Below are positions 39,678 through 53,159 of a stretch of 64,000 bases of DNA, piece after piece. Origin of the DNA: an uncultured Acidobacteriaceae bacterium (GTDB lineage Bacteria > Acidobacteriota > Terriglobia > Terriglobales > Acidobacteriaceae); the NCBI GenBank assembly GCA_963758255.1, contig CAVWUX010000010.1:19797-83796 (forward strand), written 5' to 3'. The notes under the pieces were generated by a model that searched no databases, was not told the origin of the DNA, and was given only the letters and a program-made list of their open reading frames with translations. Made by a program: the position numbers and the translations under genes. Positions within the stretch are counted from its first letter, which is position 1. Each line of letters starts with the position of its first letter.

Positions 39678-41289
39678 CTATTGCGCTGGAGCTTCCGCAG
39701 GCTTGGCTTTCGCCTTGTGCTTCTTCGGGGCAGGCGCGTTACGGGACTGCGGCTGCACCTGGGTTTCGTCAACCGGCGTTCCCTCTACCGCCTGGCCAGA
39801 GCACAGGGCTCCGTCCGGCAGATAGAAGAAGTGGGTCGCCTTACCCTTGGCCCCGCCCTCGCGAGGCTCGACACGGCTGCCGTCGATCTTGGTCGGGCCA
39901 TCCGTAGTCAGGTAGTACTTCACGTTGACGGAGCGCTGCGCACCGAGTTCCTTCACCTTGACCGACTCCGTCTCGTCCGTGTAGCCCACGATTTCCAGCT
40001 TGCCGGTGGGCATCTGTTGCAGACGCAGAGCCAGTTTGTCGAGCGACGTCCTTGCAATCGTTGTCGACACGCCACGGTTTCTTGGGGTTCTTCTCGAAGG
40101 TACACTCGCCCCAATCCTCGACGCTGACGCACTTGATTTCCTCAATCACGCCAACCGAGGTGGTGCAGGTGCCGGTCAGGCCATGCGAATCGGTCGCGGT
40201 GACCGTCACATTGACCGTCGAGCCAGGCAAGCCCGTTGTGTCGAGGGCCGCCGAGGTCCCGCTGCCGCTGATCTTGCCAGCCGAAGCGGCGTACGCATAG
40301 CTGGTGATCTCCGCGCCATCCGTGCTGGTCGCGTTCGCGGTAATCGAGGACGTCTCACCCGACTTCACAGTCGCCGGACTCGCCGAGCAGGTTACCGTCG
40401 GCGGAGTGAACGGCTTTATGGTGAAACTCGTCGAGCAGCTCGCCGAGTTGTTCTTCTTTTCCTTGGGATCGGTGATGGTTGCGTTGGCGGTGTAGCTGCC
40501 TGCAGCCAGACCGGTCGTATCGATGGTGGAAGTCGCCGCGGTCGGCGTGGCTAGCTTGCCACCCGTGGCGGTCCAGGCATACGCCAATGTGTGCTTGGGA
40601 CTGAAGTTCGTGCCGCTCGTCGTCACCGACACCGGCTCGCCCGCAAACACCGGAGTCGTCGGGGTCGCCGAGCAGGCGGCCGACAGCGGAGCAGTGTAGT
40701 AGTTGCCCAGATTGAACACTACGCCGGCCGACAAGCGAACGCTGTTCCAAGTCGAGCTATGGGCGGTAAACGTCTGCGGATTGTAAGTCGTGTAAAGCCA
40801 GTCCGCCTGTGCAATTCGTAGGGAGATAAAGTTTGTGAGGGTCAGGTCGAAACCGCCACCGCCTCCCACCGCCGCACGCCACTCTGAGTCCAGTCCTGCC
40901 GGACTGAGATGCGCAGCGCCAACCAATACGCGCACAAACGGTGAAAACTGATCGTTGCGAAACTTGTACTGCAGTCCTACCAACCCAAAGCCGGCATTGG
41001 CGTACGTGCTGTTGTAGTGGCCACTGCCATCAATCACCACGCCCAATTTCCGTAAGTTGGGGAAATAAAATGTGCTGGAAGCATTCCAGCCGTGAGCGAT
41101 GTCGGGGACCTTGCCCCAGTCAACGTAGCCATTCGGGTGGTACCACGAATAGCCGCCGAACACTTCCGCTCTCGGCTGTACAGTAACTTGCGCTGTGGCA
41201 AGAGAGCCAAACAAACAGAGTACAAACGCAAGCGCGATCGATGTCGCTACAAGCCGTTTCGGAACTCCATCAGAAAACGCCATTCTCAA
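39678..41289 (-). pseudogene. OmpA-family outer-membrane protein (beta-barrel + Ig-like repeats + OmpA_C), one frameshift as sequenced
   Basis: ORF 39841-41289 carries a signal peptide, barrel and three Ig-like repeats. The OmpA C-domain (LEIVGYTDETES..) continues in ORF 39678-40145 in another frame. The junction is near 40041-40050 (..RVDNDCKDV / LDKLALRLQQ..). Confidence 0.8.
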
Positions 41290-41984
41290 TCCTCCGGAAC
41301 TCTAGCAGTACCTTCAGCAAAGTGGCCCACTCGGGTTCAGTCTTGAACTTAATTGGGTACAAAGAGATCTGATTGCTACGTAACAGCTCCCGATTGTACA
41401 GCATCGGGCCTTTTCTACAAAACTACTGTTTTCCGATGTTTACTGACTTTATAACCGGGTCCTTCGTGCCGTTCCCGCAAGATCACTTGCACCTCGCCAT
41501 TCCGTCCCACGATGCTATCGCGAAACGTACGCCCCGACGCACAGCCGAGTTGCAACTGCTATTGTCATATATCGTACAACACAGGTCGGCGGCGCAGTAA
41601 AGGGAATTTTTTGGGAAGAAATCAGATCTGCGGGGTGGTCTCGCAGTAATGCCCCACCATGGTCGCGTGCCACTGCTCGCATCGATTGCTCAAATGACGA
41701 TCTACTGCGGCAGCGACCACGCGAGTCTTTTCCCAAGATGGGCTCGAGTCACCGAGGTTTGCCGATTTATTTTGCGCGTGTCTACGCTGTCGATCGCTGC
41801 CCCTCGTCTTTGACCCGACCGCGTCCTAAAAGTGTTACCTTTACAGGAAGCCGCCTTGTCTACGACATCCTGCCCGGAGTGCAATACTGGAAACCGGTGC
41901 GGGGTCGCTGGCCACACTCCTCAAGAGGCATGAGAGGCGTTCGACAAATATCTCGCTAGATTCGCCACTTCCTAGAGGCAGCTT

Positions 41985-43397
41985 TTGGGAATGATCCAGG
42001 AAAAAGTACTGATTGTCGAGGACGAAGAAAACGAGCGTACGGGGCTCGCCGAACTGGTGAGCGCCTGGGGCTATGAAACCGCCACCGCCGAGGACGGTGT
42101 TGACGGATTGGCAAAAGTAACGGATTGGGGACCGGGGATCGTGGTCACCGACCTGAAGATGCCCCGCATGGACGGTCTGGAGCTACTGGAGCAGATCGCC
42201 GCGGCACCGCACCCGGTCGCAGTCATCCTGCTGACGGGTATGGGGAAGGTCGACGCAGCCGTGACCGCCATGAAGCGCGGAGCCTTCGACTTCATTGAGA
42301 AGCCGGTCAATCCCACGCGCTTGAGAAACATTCTGCAGAATGCAACCCGGATTCGCGGCGCCGAGCGTGAACTGGAAGCCAGTCGGCGCAGGTTGCGTGA
42401 TGTCGGAGTGCTGGGATCGCTGGTCGGTCCCTCGCGAAAAATGCAGGAGATCTTTCACCTGGTTGAAATGGTCGCTCCCAGCACCGCTTCTGTTCTCATC
42501 ACCGGAGAAAGCGGAACCGGCAAGGAGCTACTGGCGCGCACCATTCACTCCCTCAGCCCTCGCAAGTCGAAACCATTCGTGGCCATCAACTGCGCGGCAA
42601 TTCCCGAAACTCTCATCGAGAGCGAGATCTTCGGGCATGAGAAGGGCGCGTTTACCGGGGCAGTCGACCGCCGCACGGGGTGTTTCGAGCTGGCGGAGGG
42701 CGGGACCCTGCTGCTCGATGAGATTGGCGAGATGCCAATTGCCACTCAGGCGAAGCTGCTTCGCGTGCTGGAAGACCGCAAGCTGCGTCGCTTGGGCAGC
42801 AAAGGCGAGACCTCCGTCGACGTCCGCGTGCTTGCCGCCACCAACAAGCCCCCCGAGGAAGCTGTAGCTCGTGGCGCACTGCGCAATGACCTTTACTATC
42901 GGCTCAACGTCTTCAACATTCATATGCCGCCCCTGCGCGAGCACATGGACGATTTGCCCGAACTGGTTCATGCCCTGCTCGCTGACATGAACGACAAGCA
43001 TGGACGCAGGGTCGTGGGAGTGGGCGAAGCCGTTATGAGCGCCTTCCAGGCTCACGCCTGGCCGGGCAATGTCCGTGAATTGCGCAACACCCTGGAGCGG
43101 GCAGTGATTATTTGCGACGGTCCCATGATCGAACCGAAGCACCTCCCTCCGGGCTTCGGACAAGCCTTTGTCCGGGCTCCTGTGCACGACGCCAATTCTG
43201 TTCATCTCGGAGTCGGGACAACGGTCGGCGAGGCTGAACGACAGTTGATTCTCAAGACCCTTGAATCCACACATAACAACAAGACTCGGGCCGCCGAGAT
43301 CCTTGGAATCAGCCTCAAGACGCTGCATAACAAGCTGAAGGAATACGGCCAACAGGAGACCAACAGCCGCGGCGAGTTGGATTCAGCAGCCAGTTAA
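41985..43397 (+). CDS. Sigma54-dependent response regulator (NtrC family)
   Basis: REC (VLIVEDEENER, IVVTDLKMPRMDG), AAA+ (GESGTGKE, GAFTGA) and Fis-type HTH (AAEILGISLKTLHNKLKEYG). No adjacent kinase. Confidence 0.9.
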   Translation: MGMIQEKVLIVEDEENERTGLAELVSAWGYETATAEDGVDGLAKVTDWGPGIVVTDLKMPRMDGLELLEQIAAAPHPVAVILLTGMGKVDAAVTAMKRGAFDFIEKPVNPTRLRNILQNATRIRGAERELEASRRRLRDVGVLGSLVGPSRKMQEIFHLVEMVAPSTASVLITGESGTGKELLARTIHSLSPRKSKPFVAINCAAIPETLIESEIFGHEKGAFTGAVDRRTGCFELAEGGTLLLDEIGEMPIATQAKLLRVLEDRKLRRLGSKGETSVDVRVLAATNKPPEEAVARGALRNDLYYRLNVFNIHMPPLREHMDDLPELVHALLADMNDKHGRRVVGVGEAVMSAFQAHAWPGNVRELRNTLERAVIICDGPMIEPKHLPPGFGQAFVRAPVHDANSVHLGVGTTVGEAERQLILKTLESTHNNKTRAAEILGISLKTLHNKLKEYGQQETNSRGELDSAAS

Positions 43398-43411
43398 GCC
43401 TGCCTCCACGC

Positions 43412-43441
43412 TTGGCGAACCGGCGACAGCGCCTGTACAAT
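43412..43441 (+). promoter_or_regulatory. Sigma70-like promoter candidate TTGGCG-N18-TACAAT upstream of the tRNA
   Basis: Hexamers at 43412-43417 and 43436-43441, ~50 nt before the tRNA 5' end. Confidence 0.35.
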
Positions 43442-43491
43442 CAAATCTTGCCGACGCAGTGAGCGCTATTTTTCGCTCGTTCGTTTCCCGC

Positions 43492-43578
43492 GCCGAAGTG
43501 GCGGAATTGGCAGACGCGCATGGTTCAGGTCCATGTACCCGCAAGGGTGTGGGGGTTCGAGTCCCTTCTTCGGCACCA
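43492..43578 (+). tRNA. tRNA-Leu (anticodon CAG)
   Basis: 87-nt cloverleaf. Acceptor GCCGAAG/CTTCGGC. Anticodon stem CATGG/CCATG with loop TTCAGGT. Long variable arm. T-arm GGGGG-TTCGAGT-CCCTT. Encoded CCA. Confidence 0.9.
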
Positions 43579-43639
43579 GTAATCAGGGCGCAGACCGCCA
43601 GGTCAACGATTGTGCCTTCAATCGGCCACCGTCATGCGC

Positions 43640-44650
43640 TTACACGACCGCGGCGCGCGACGCCACTCCCAGGTACTGAATAGCCAACAGGGTCTCATCA
43701 TCAGCGAGTTCCCGGCCTCCACGGAATTGTTCTACTTGTTCGCGGCAGGCCTTGATTAGCCGCTCCGGGCAGCACATGCCGCGCTGTTGGAGCAGATTCC
43801 TCAGGGCTTGCACTCCGTACTCGTCGCCCGCATGATTCTCCGCCTCCGAGATGCCGTCGGTGTACAGCACCAGCGTGTCACCCGGCTGCAGGTGCGAGGT
43901 CGAGGCCTTGAATTGCTGGTCGCAGAACATTCCGAACGGAAGGTCCGTGCTCTCGAAAACTGTTGTGCCCCGTTCGCCTGCCAGCAGCACCGGCAAGTGC
44001 CCTGCATTCACGATCTCCAGGTCGCCACCTGCGCTCACCCTTCCTGCAACCAGCGTGGCGTACTGCGTGGGCAACGTGCTCTCGCAGAAAAGACGGCTCG
44101 CTTGCGCCAGCATCTTCTCCATGCTCAGACCGAGGGGAATCAGCGCGCGAAACACCGCCCGCAGATTGGCTGAAAGCAGCGCTGCTGCGATGCCTTTTCC
44201 CGACACGTCGGCCAGCAGAAAGTGCAGCCCGCCGTCACCCGAGCCGATCAGGTCGCAGTAGTCTCCGCTCACCACGCCCGCCGGACGGAAGTGATATCCA
44301 ATGTCCCATCCCGGAATCGCCACGTTCGGAGGAGGCAGCAAGCTGCGCTGAATCTGCGCCGCCAGTTCCAGGTCGTGCTCCAGAGACCGCTGCTGCGCGG
44401 GAGACAGGCAGCCCAGGCACACGGAAATGGTAGGGTCGTTCAGCAGGCGGCCGGCTTCGATGGTGTCGTGGCAAACCTCACACAGTCCGAATTTGCCGAC
44501 GTTCATGTTCTCCAGCGCGTGATCGACGTCGGCCAGAAGGCGCCGCATCTGGTCCGATTCGTTGCGGGAGAGCACGTCTTCCAGGCGCGCCCGCCGGTCG
44601 AGTAACTGCTCCCGAATTTGGCCGGTGAAAGGAGTATCTGCAATTGCCAT
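43640..44650 (-). CDS. DksA/TraR-type C4 zinc-finger fused to a PP2C/SpoIIE-family phosphatase
   Basis: N-terminal coiled region plus CEVCHDTIEAGRLLNDPTISVCLGC (CxxC-N17-CxxC). C-terminal SpoIIE-like domain (VSGDYCDLI.., LADVSGKGIAAAL.., DTLVLYTDGISEA). Confidence 0.75.
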   Translation of the reverse strand: MAIADTPFTGQIREQLLDRRARLEDVLSRNESDQMRRLLADVDHALENMNVGKFGLCEVCHDTIEAGRLLNDPTISVCLGCLSPAQQRSLEHDLELAAQIQRSLLPPPNVAIPGWDIGYHFRPAGVVSGDYCDLIGSGDGGLHFLLADVSGKGIAAALLSANLRAVFRALIPLGLSMEKMLAQASRLFCESTLPTQYATLVAGRVSAGGDLEIVNAGHLPVLLAGERGTTVFESTDLPFGMFCDQQFKASTSHLQPGDTLVLYTDGISEAENHAGDEYGVQALRNLLQQRGMCCPERLIKACREQVEQFRGGRELADDETLLAIQYLGVASRAAVV

Positions 44651-44972
44651 GGCTAACCACCTTACCTGCTTTAGAGGGTTATTTTAGCTCCAGGATGCAA
44701 ATTCATTGCAGGTATTTTGACGTCCCCTCCGCTCGAATTTACCGCCATGCATACTGTAGCGCTTTCCGGTTTCAGGGGCCTTCCGATTCTTGCGCTTGAA
44801 CCAAAGTAACCCGCCGGTTCTGGCCACGGCGCACGCCACTTTGACGTTCATCGTATCCTCAGTTAGGCATGGTCCGCATCCTCAACCCACGTCCGCGGCG
44901 CATCGAAGAGGTCCAGGACGCCGCGCCTGGCTTGGCACGCTATTTCACCGTTGCCGCGACTGCCCTTCAGCC

Positions 44973-45524
44973 ATGACCTCACAGGTTCATCGCACGCGCT
45001 TCGTGATCATGGCAGGGCTGCCAGGCACCGGCAAGACTGCTCTCGCCCGAGCACTGGCCGAACGCCTGGGTGGGATCGTCTTGAGCAAAGATGATGTGCG
45101 CGCCGCTTTGTTTCCGCCGGGTGCGATCACTTACTCCAGCGGCCAGAACGATTTCTGTATGTCAGTGGTATTAATGGCAGCACAGCGCATCGCTGCCGAG
45201 CACAGCGTACCCTTCGTATTTCTAGACGGGCGCACGTTCTCGCGTACTCATCACGTGAGGCAGGTCGCGCAGGCTGCCGCTTCGATCGGAGCCGGCTTCA
45301 GCATTCTGTACCTGCATTGTCCGGAGGCGCTCGCGCTCGAACGCATCAAGCAGGACCGTGACAAACACCCCGCCAAGAACCGCGATCCGCTGCTGTATTT
45401 TCTGGTGAAGTCTTACTTTGAACCGATTACTGCGCCGAAGCTCGACGTTGACACCTCGCAGAGCCTGGAAACGTGCGTGGAGCAATGCGTTGAGTATCTA
45501 GCCACAGGGACAAAGAGGCACTGA
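44973..45524 (+). CDS. P-loop NTPase/kinase-like protein (AAA_33-like)
   Basis: Walker A GLPGTGKT close to the N-terminus when started at ATG 44973. The ORF-track start 44790 is an unlikely extension. Confidence 0.65.
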   Translation: MTSQVHRTRFVIMAGLPGTGKTALARALAERLGGIVLSKDDVRAALFPPGAITYSSGQNDFCMSVVLMAAQRIAAEHSVPFVFLDGRTFSRTHHVRQVAQAAASIGAGFSILYLHCPEALALERIKQDRDKHPAKNRDPLLYFLVKSYFEPITAPKLDVDTSQSLETCVEQCVEYLATGTKRH

Positions 45525-45544
45525 GGGAATGCCTCGGCGGTGAA

Positions 45545-48616
<3,072 letters not shown>

Positions 48617-48676
48617 TCAGGCGCAAAAATGCCAAGTCCTGGTCGCGAGCTAGCATCCCCGCACCCCCTTCGCCAA

Positions 48677-48706
48677 TTGACCGGCGCCATTAATCCGCCT
48701 CATAAT
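48677..48706 (+). promoter_or_regulatory. Sigma70-like promoter candidate TTGACC-N18-CATAAT
   Basis: Hexamers at 48677-48682 and 48701-48706, ~40 nt upstream of the GTG at 48748. Confidence 0.4.
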
Positions 48707-48747
48707 CTGTATGCTCAGCGAATCCGCTACTGACAAGGTGGCCAATC

Positions 48748-49721
48748 GTGAACACTCAGGATCCCAAAGGCCGCCGTCCTTTCTCGACGGCAGGCCAGAA
48801 GCTCGACGACGTGATCGGCGATACCGCGCAACGCATCGAAGAGGAGACCAAGCAGCTCATCGCCTACATCAACGACGAGGTCGTTCCGATGGTGCGGGAG
48901 CACTCGACCAAGGGGCTGCGGGTTGCGTCGGACAAGTTGAAGGAACTGGCCGACTACATGGAAACGGCAAACCAGCAGAAAAAAGGCTGATCACGCGATT
49001 TCCTGTCCTCGCCCTCGTTGCCGTCGGCATGCTCCTGTTGTCGGCGTGTGGCCGGCACAAGGCGGCGTCTGCAAAACACGTTCCGCCTCCTCCCACCGTT
49101 GCGCCTGCGCCGCCCCCCACTACGACCGCCAAAGCCGCGCCGGAAGGCAAGATCACGGTTTCGCCCAAGGCCAAACCCATTTATGTGGAAACAGGGCTGG
49201 CGAGTTGGTACGGACCTCAGTATCACAACCACAAGGGATCCAATGGCGAAGTCTATGACCAGAACGGGATGACCGCGGCGCACCGGACGATCCCGCTGAA
49301 CTCGGTGGTGCGGGTCACCAACGAGACCACCAAGCACTCCGCCATTGTGCGCATTACCGATCGCGGACCGTTCATCGACAACCGCATTATCGACCTGTCA
49401 CTGGCGGCGGCGAAGGCGGTGGACGTCTGGCAACCCGGCACCGCGATGGTGAAAGTCGAAGTGCTCTCGGCTCCCGTTCCGATTGCAGAGGGAGGACGCT
49501 GGTGCGTGCAGATCGGCGCCTTCCAGAGCGAGCGCGACGCCCGCAAGCTGAAAGAGAAACTGCAGGACCGCTATCAAGACGCCAAGGTCATCCAGTTCAC
49601 CGGCCCCACCGGCGAGTGGGTGCGCCTCCGCCCCGAGGGTGACAATAAGCAGAAAGCGCAGGAAGTCGCCAGCAAGACCCACGTGAAAGAGGGTGGCGTG
49701 TTCCTGGTGCGGCTGGATTAG
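48748..49721 (+). CDS. rlpA: RlpA-like lytic transglycosylase (DPBB) with SPOR domain; frame apparently broken in an A6 run
   Basis: DPBB motif (GLASWYGPQYHNHKGSNGEVYD..VRITDRGPF) and SPOR domain (WCVQIGAFQSERDARKL). The lipoprotein-type signal (RLITRFPVLALVAVGMLLLSAC) has no canonical start in its own frame. One extra A at 48979-48984 would join it to the 80-aa ORF 48748-48990 (ATG 48958 = METANQQKK..). Confidence 0.6.
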
Positions 49722-49818
49722 CAAGCTGGCTTTGTCTCCCCTGGTTGTACTGCGCCGGAACCAGAGTTTCGCCATCGTCTCCTTTCCGATATTCTGAAAG
49801 CCATCACGACCCGTTCTT

Positions 49819-50496
49819 ATGCGAAGCTCCCGGCGTCAACCTACTCCCGAGCCATTCGTCCCGCTCACCATCCGGTTCGACCACGCGCTGCTGTTTGCCG
49901 CCCAGGTGCATCGCAATCAAGACCGCAAGAAGAGCGGTATTCCGTACCTGTCGCACCTGTTGGGAGTGGCCGCGATCGTGCTCGACTACGGCGGCGACGA
50001 AGACATGGGGATTGCAGCCTTACTGCACGACGCGGCGGAAGACCACGGCGGGCGCGCCATGCTGCGCTCGATCGAACAGATATTCGGACCGCGCGTGGCG
50101 AAGATTGTCGACGGCTGCACCGATTCCTACGGCGACGAAGACCAGCGCAAACCCAAGTGGTATCCGCGCAAGCTGCGTTACCTGCGCCGGGTGCGCAATG
50201 AGGACGCGGAGACCCGCTTCGTTTCGGCCGCCGACAAGCTTTACAACACGCGTGCTGTGTTGCGCGATCTGCGGCAGGCAGGCGACTCGGCGTTTGACCG
50301 GTTCTCCGCCCCCAAGGCGAAAGTCCTCTGGTACTACCGTTCGTTGGTGCGCGAATTCCGCGCCGGCGGCGTGACCCATCTGCTGAAGCCGCTGCTCGAC
50401 GACTATGACCGCGCCGTCACCGAACTCGAACATCTGTCGGGCTTGCTGGCGGCGCCGAGCCGCGCGGCCAAGCCCAGGGCCAAGCGCAAGCGCTAG
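49819..50496 (+). CDS. HD-domain (SpoT-like) phosphohydrolase
   Basis: FAAQVHRNQDRK..PYLSHLLGVA..AALLHDAAEDHG is the RelA/SpoT-type HD signature. Confidence 0.75.
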   Translation: MRSSRRQPTPEPFVPLTIRFDHALLFAAQVHRNQDRKKSGIPYLSHLLGVAAIVLDYGGDEDMGIAALLHDAAEDHGGRAMLRSIEQIFGPRVAKIVDGCTDSYGDEDQRKPKWYPRKLRYLRRVRNEDAETRFVSAADKLYNTRAVLRDLRQAGDSAFDRFSAPKAKVLWYYRSLVREFRAGGVTHLLKPLLDDYDRAVTELEHLSGLLAAPSRAAKPRAKRKR

Positions 50497-50538
50497 AACG
50501 GACAGACCACCTACGTCAGGATCGCAGGAGCCGCCATT

Positions 50539-50946
50539 GTGTCTACCACCGAAACCGATCGCATCACGGAGTTACTGAAGACGGCACAGACCATCGCTGT
50601 GGTCGGCCTGAGCGACAGTCCTCGCCGCACCAGTTATGGTGTGTCGGAATACATGCAGTCGCAGGGATACCGCATCATTCCCGTCAATCCCGAAATCCGC
50701 GAGACGCTGGGCGAGAAGGCGTATGCCACATTGTCAGAGGTGCCGGAGAAGATCGACATCGTCAACGTGTTCCGGCGGCCGGAGTTTGTGCCGGAAGTTA
50801 TGGAGCAGGCGATTCAACTCAAAGTTCCCGCCATCTGGATGCAGGAAGGCGTGATTCACGAAGCTGCGGCCGAGAAGGCCCGGCAGGCAGGCATCTTCGT
50901 GGTCATGGACAGGTGCATCCTGAAAGAGCACGCAAAGAGACTGTGA
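50539..50946 (+). CDS. CoA-binding domain protein (YccU/YneT-like)
   Basis: 135-aa ORF with the typical motifs IAVVGLSDSPRRTSY and GYRIIPVNP. Confidence 0.8.
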   Translation: MSTTETDRITELLKTAQTIAVVGLSDSPRRTSYGVSEYMQSQGYRIIPVNPEIRETLGEKAYATLSEVPEKIDIVNVFRRPEFVPEVMEQAIQLKVPAIWMQEGVIHEAAAEKARQAGIFVVMDRCILKEHAKRL

Positions 50947-50997
50947 CGCGGGACACCCAGTATCGGTGCGGGGGCAACGGCTCCACCCACGTCGAGC

Positions 50998-52909
50998 TCA
51001 GTGTCCTGTAGTTGCCGGGCTCTCCACCCAGTCGGGCACGCTGCCTTCGGGCTCCTGCGATTCGACTGCAAAATTGCGGACCACCCGGTGATACAGCCAG
51101 AAGGCGCATACCGCCGACACCACCAGCAGCACTAGTCCCACAATCGGTTCGTGCAGAAGAAGCTTGCCCGTGCCAAACAGGCAGGTGTAAACCATGGCGC
51201 AGCCCAGCAGCCATGCTCCCAGATTGGCGCCGAGGTCACGATTGGCGGGGATCGCCGGAAGTAACTTTGCGACCGGCTTCCATCCCCGAACGTCGGGACG
51301 CACGTTGCGGTAGAAGCGCGTCAGGACCTCCTGCGGCTCGGGCTTGGTGAGCAAGCGTGACCGTCACCCAAACCAGCGTTGTTATAATGGTTGTTATAAT
51401 CGCACTTTTAGCGAACACGACGGAGCTATTGCCGCTGAACGGATGCCAGCGGCTCAGGACCAGGCTGATTGCAAGCGACGAGGCCATGGCGGAAATCTCA
51501 CTCCACGCATTAATGCGCCACCAGTACCAGCGCAGGATGTACACCGCGCCAGTGCCCGCGCCAACTTGCAGCACGATCTCCCAGCCGGAGGCGATGGAGC
51601 CGAGTTGCACTGAAATCCACGCGGCCACAATCACCAGCAGCACGGTGCAGAGGCGCGAGACCAGCACGTAATGTTTCTCGGAGGCGCCGGGCTTCACGAA
51701 GCGGCGGTAGAAGTCCGACACCAGGTACGACGCGCCCCAGTTCAATTGGGTGGCGATGGTGGACATGAAGGCGGCGAGGAATCCCGCGATGGCGATGCCG
51801 CGATACTGGTGCGGCAGGTAGGTGTTGAGCACCAGCATGTATCCGGTCTCGGGATGAGCGAGCCCGGGGTAGAGAACGATTACGGCGATGCCGGTGAGGA
51901 TCCAAGGCCAGGGGCGAATGGCGTAATGCGCGATGTTGAACCAGAGCACGGAGAGCAGGCCCTGCTTCTCGTCGCGGGCGCTGAAGATGCGCTGGGCGAT
52001 GTAGCCTCCGCCGCCGGGCTCGGCGCCTGGATACCAGAACGCCCACCACTGCAGTCCGATGAAGACGAAGAAGTTGGCGAGCGGGACCATCCACATGGGC
52101 TCGGAGGTTACGCCGCGCGAAAAGTTGGGCAGGAAGTTGAGCGGGCTTTCGGCGTTGCCGCCGGCATGTGCCTGCATCTGTTGCACGCTGGCAATGACGG
52201 CGCTCATGCCTCCGCAGGCGCGGATGGCGTAATACGCCACGGCGATGACGATGCCCATCTTCAGCACGAACTGGAAGAGGTCGGTCCAGAGCACGCCCCA
52301 CAGGCCGCCGAGCGCGACGTAGAGGCCGGTGAAGGGGATGAGGAAGAGCACGCAGATGGCGAGGGCAGCTCCATCGTTGCCGCTCCAGACCGAGCCGAAG
52401 TGGCCGCCCATGAAGGCGCTGATGTTGTTCAGCATGGGGGTGTTGGCCAGGGTGGTGCCGACGATGGAGGTCATAGCCTTGGTGACCCAGCCGAGGATGA
52501 CGCAGTTCATCAGCAGGCCGAGATAGATGGCGCGAAAGCCGCGCAGGAATGCTGCGGGCTTGCCGGAGTAGCGGATCTCGGCGAACTGCACGTCGGTGAG
52601 CAGGCCGGAGCGGCGCCAGAGGCGGGCGAAGAGGAAGACCGTCATCATGCCCGAGAACAGGAAGCCCCACCACAGCCAGTTGCCGGAGATGCCTTGCGAA
52701 TAGACGAGGCCGGTGACGACCAGCGGCGTGTCGGCGGCGAAGGTGGTGGCGACCATGGAGGTGCCGGCCAGCCACCAGTTCACATTGCGTCCGGAGACGA
52801 AGTAGTCGTCAACGCTCTTGCCGGAGCGCCCGCGAAACCACAGGCCCAGCACGAGAGTGATGCCGAGATAGCCGATGATGGCGGACCAGTCGAGAAGGGT
52901 GAAGGACAT
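50998..52909 (-). pseudogene. Sodium:solute symporter (SSF) family transporter, one frameshift near the 3' end as sequenced
   Basis: Typical SSF N-terminus (DYFVSGRNVNWWLAGTSMVATTFAADTPL). After ..VWVTVTL the sequence continues in ORF 50998-51354 (LTKPEPQEVLTRFYRNVRP..). Junction ~51350-51356. Confidence 0.8.
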
Positions 52910-52966
52910 AAGTGGACAATTATCGTTGAGGGCCGCGCAAAAAGCAAAAGCGGGCCGCGGATTTGC

Positions 52967-53016
52967 GCGGATGAACGCGGATCGGATCTCGGAATGCTTT
53001 ATCCGCGTGATCCGCG
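52967..53016. repeat. CGCGGAT-type palindromic intergenic element
   Basis: CGCGGATGAACGCGGATCGGATC (52967-52989) faces ATCCGCGTGATCCGCG (53001-53016). Preceded by GGCCGCG..CGGGCCGCGG. Confidence 0.6.
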
Positions 53017-53077
53017 GTGTGATCGGTTACCGAAGCTAACTCATAAGTGCCGCGAGAGAGGAATTTGAATCCCCTCA

Positions 53078-53139
53078 GGGGCTGAAGCCCATTGGTTATG
53101 ACGGTTTGCCGGCACGGCTAAAGCCGTGCCCCTTCAAAA
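53078..53139. repeat. REP-like hairpin pair: GGGC-TGAA-GCCC and GGCACGGC-TAAA-GCCGTGCC + CCTTCAAAA
   Basis: Perfect hairpins at 53078-53090 and 53111-53130. The same element recurs at 56693-56810. Confidence 0.8.
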
Positions 53140-53159
53140 ACCAATATTCGGTATCGGCC

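Noticed and set aside
43492-45524. tRNA-Leu as an integration site of a genomic island
   Set aside because: No integrase, no direct repeat of the tRNA 3' end, and no compositional break are visible downstream. The neighbouring genes look like ordinary chromosomal genes.
51510-53068. Long ORFs 51510-52775 (-) and 51671-53068 (+), 421 and 465 aa
   Set aside because: These are alternative-frame and antisense shadows of the SSF symporter gene. Their composition is extreme (Arg/His/Pro/Gly-rich), as expected for off-frame ORFs in GC-rich DNA.
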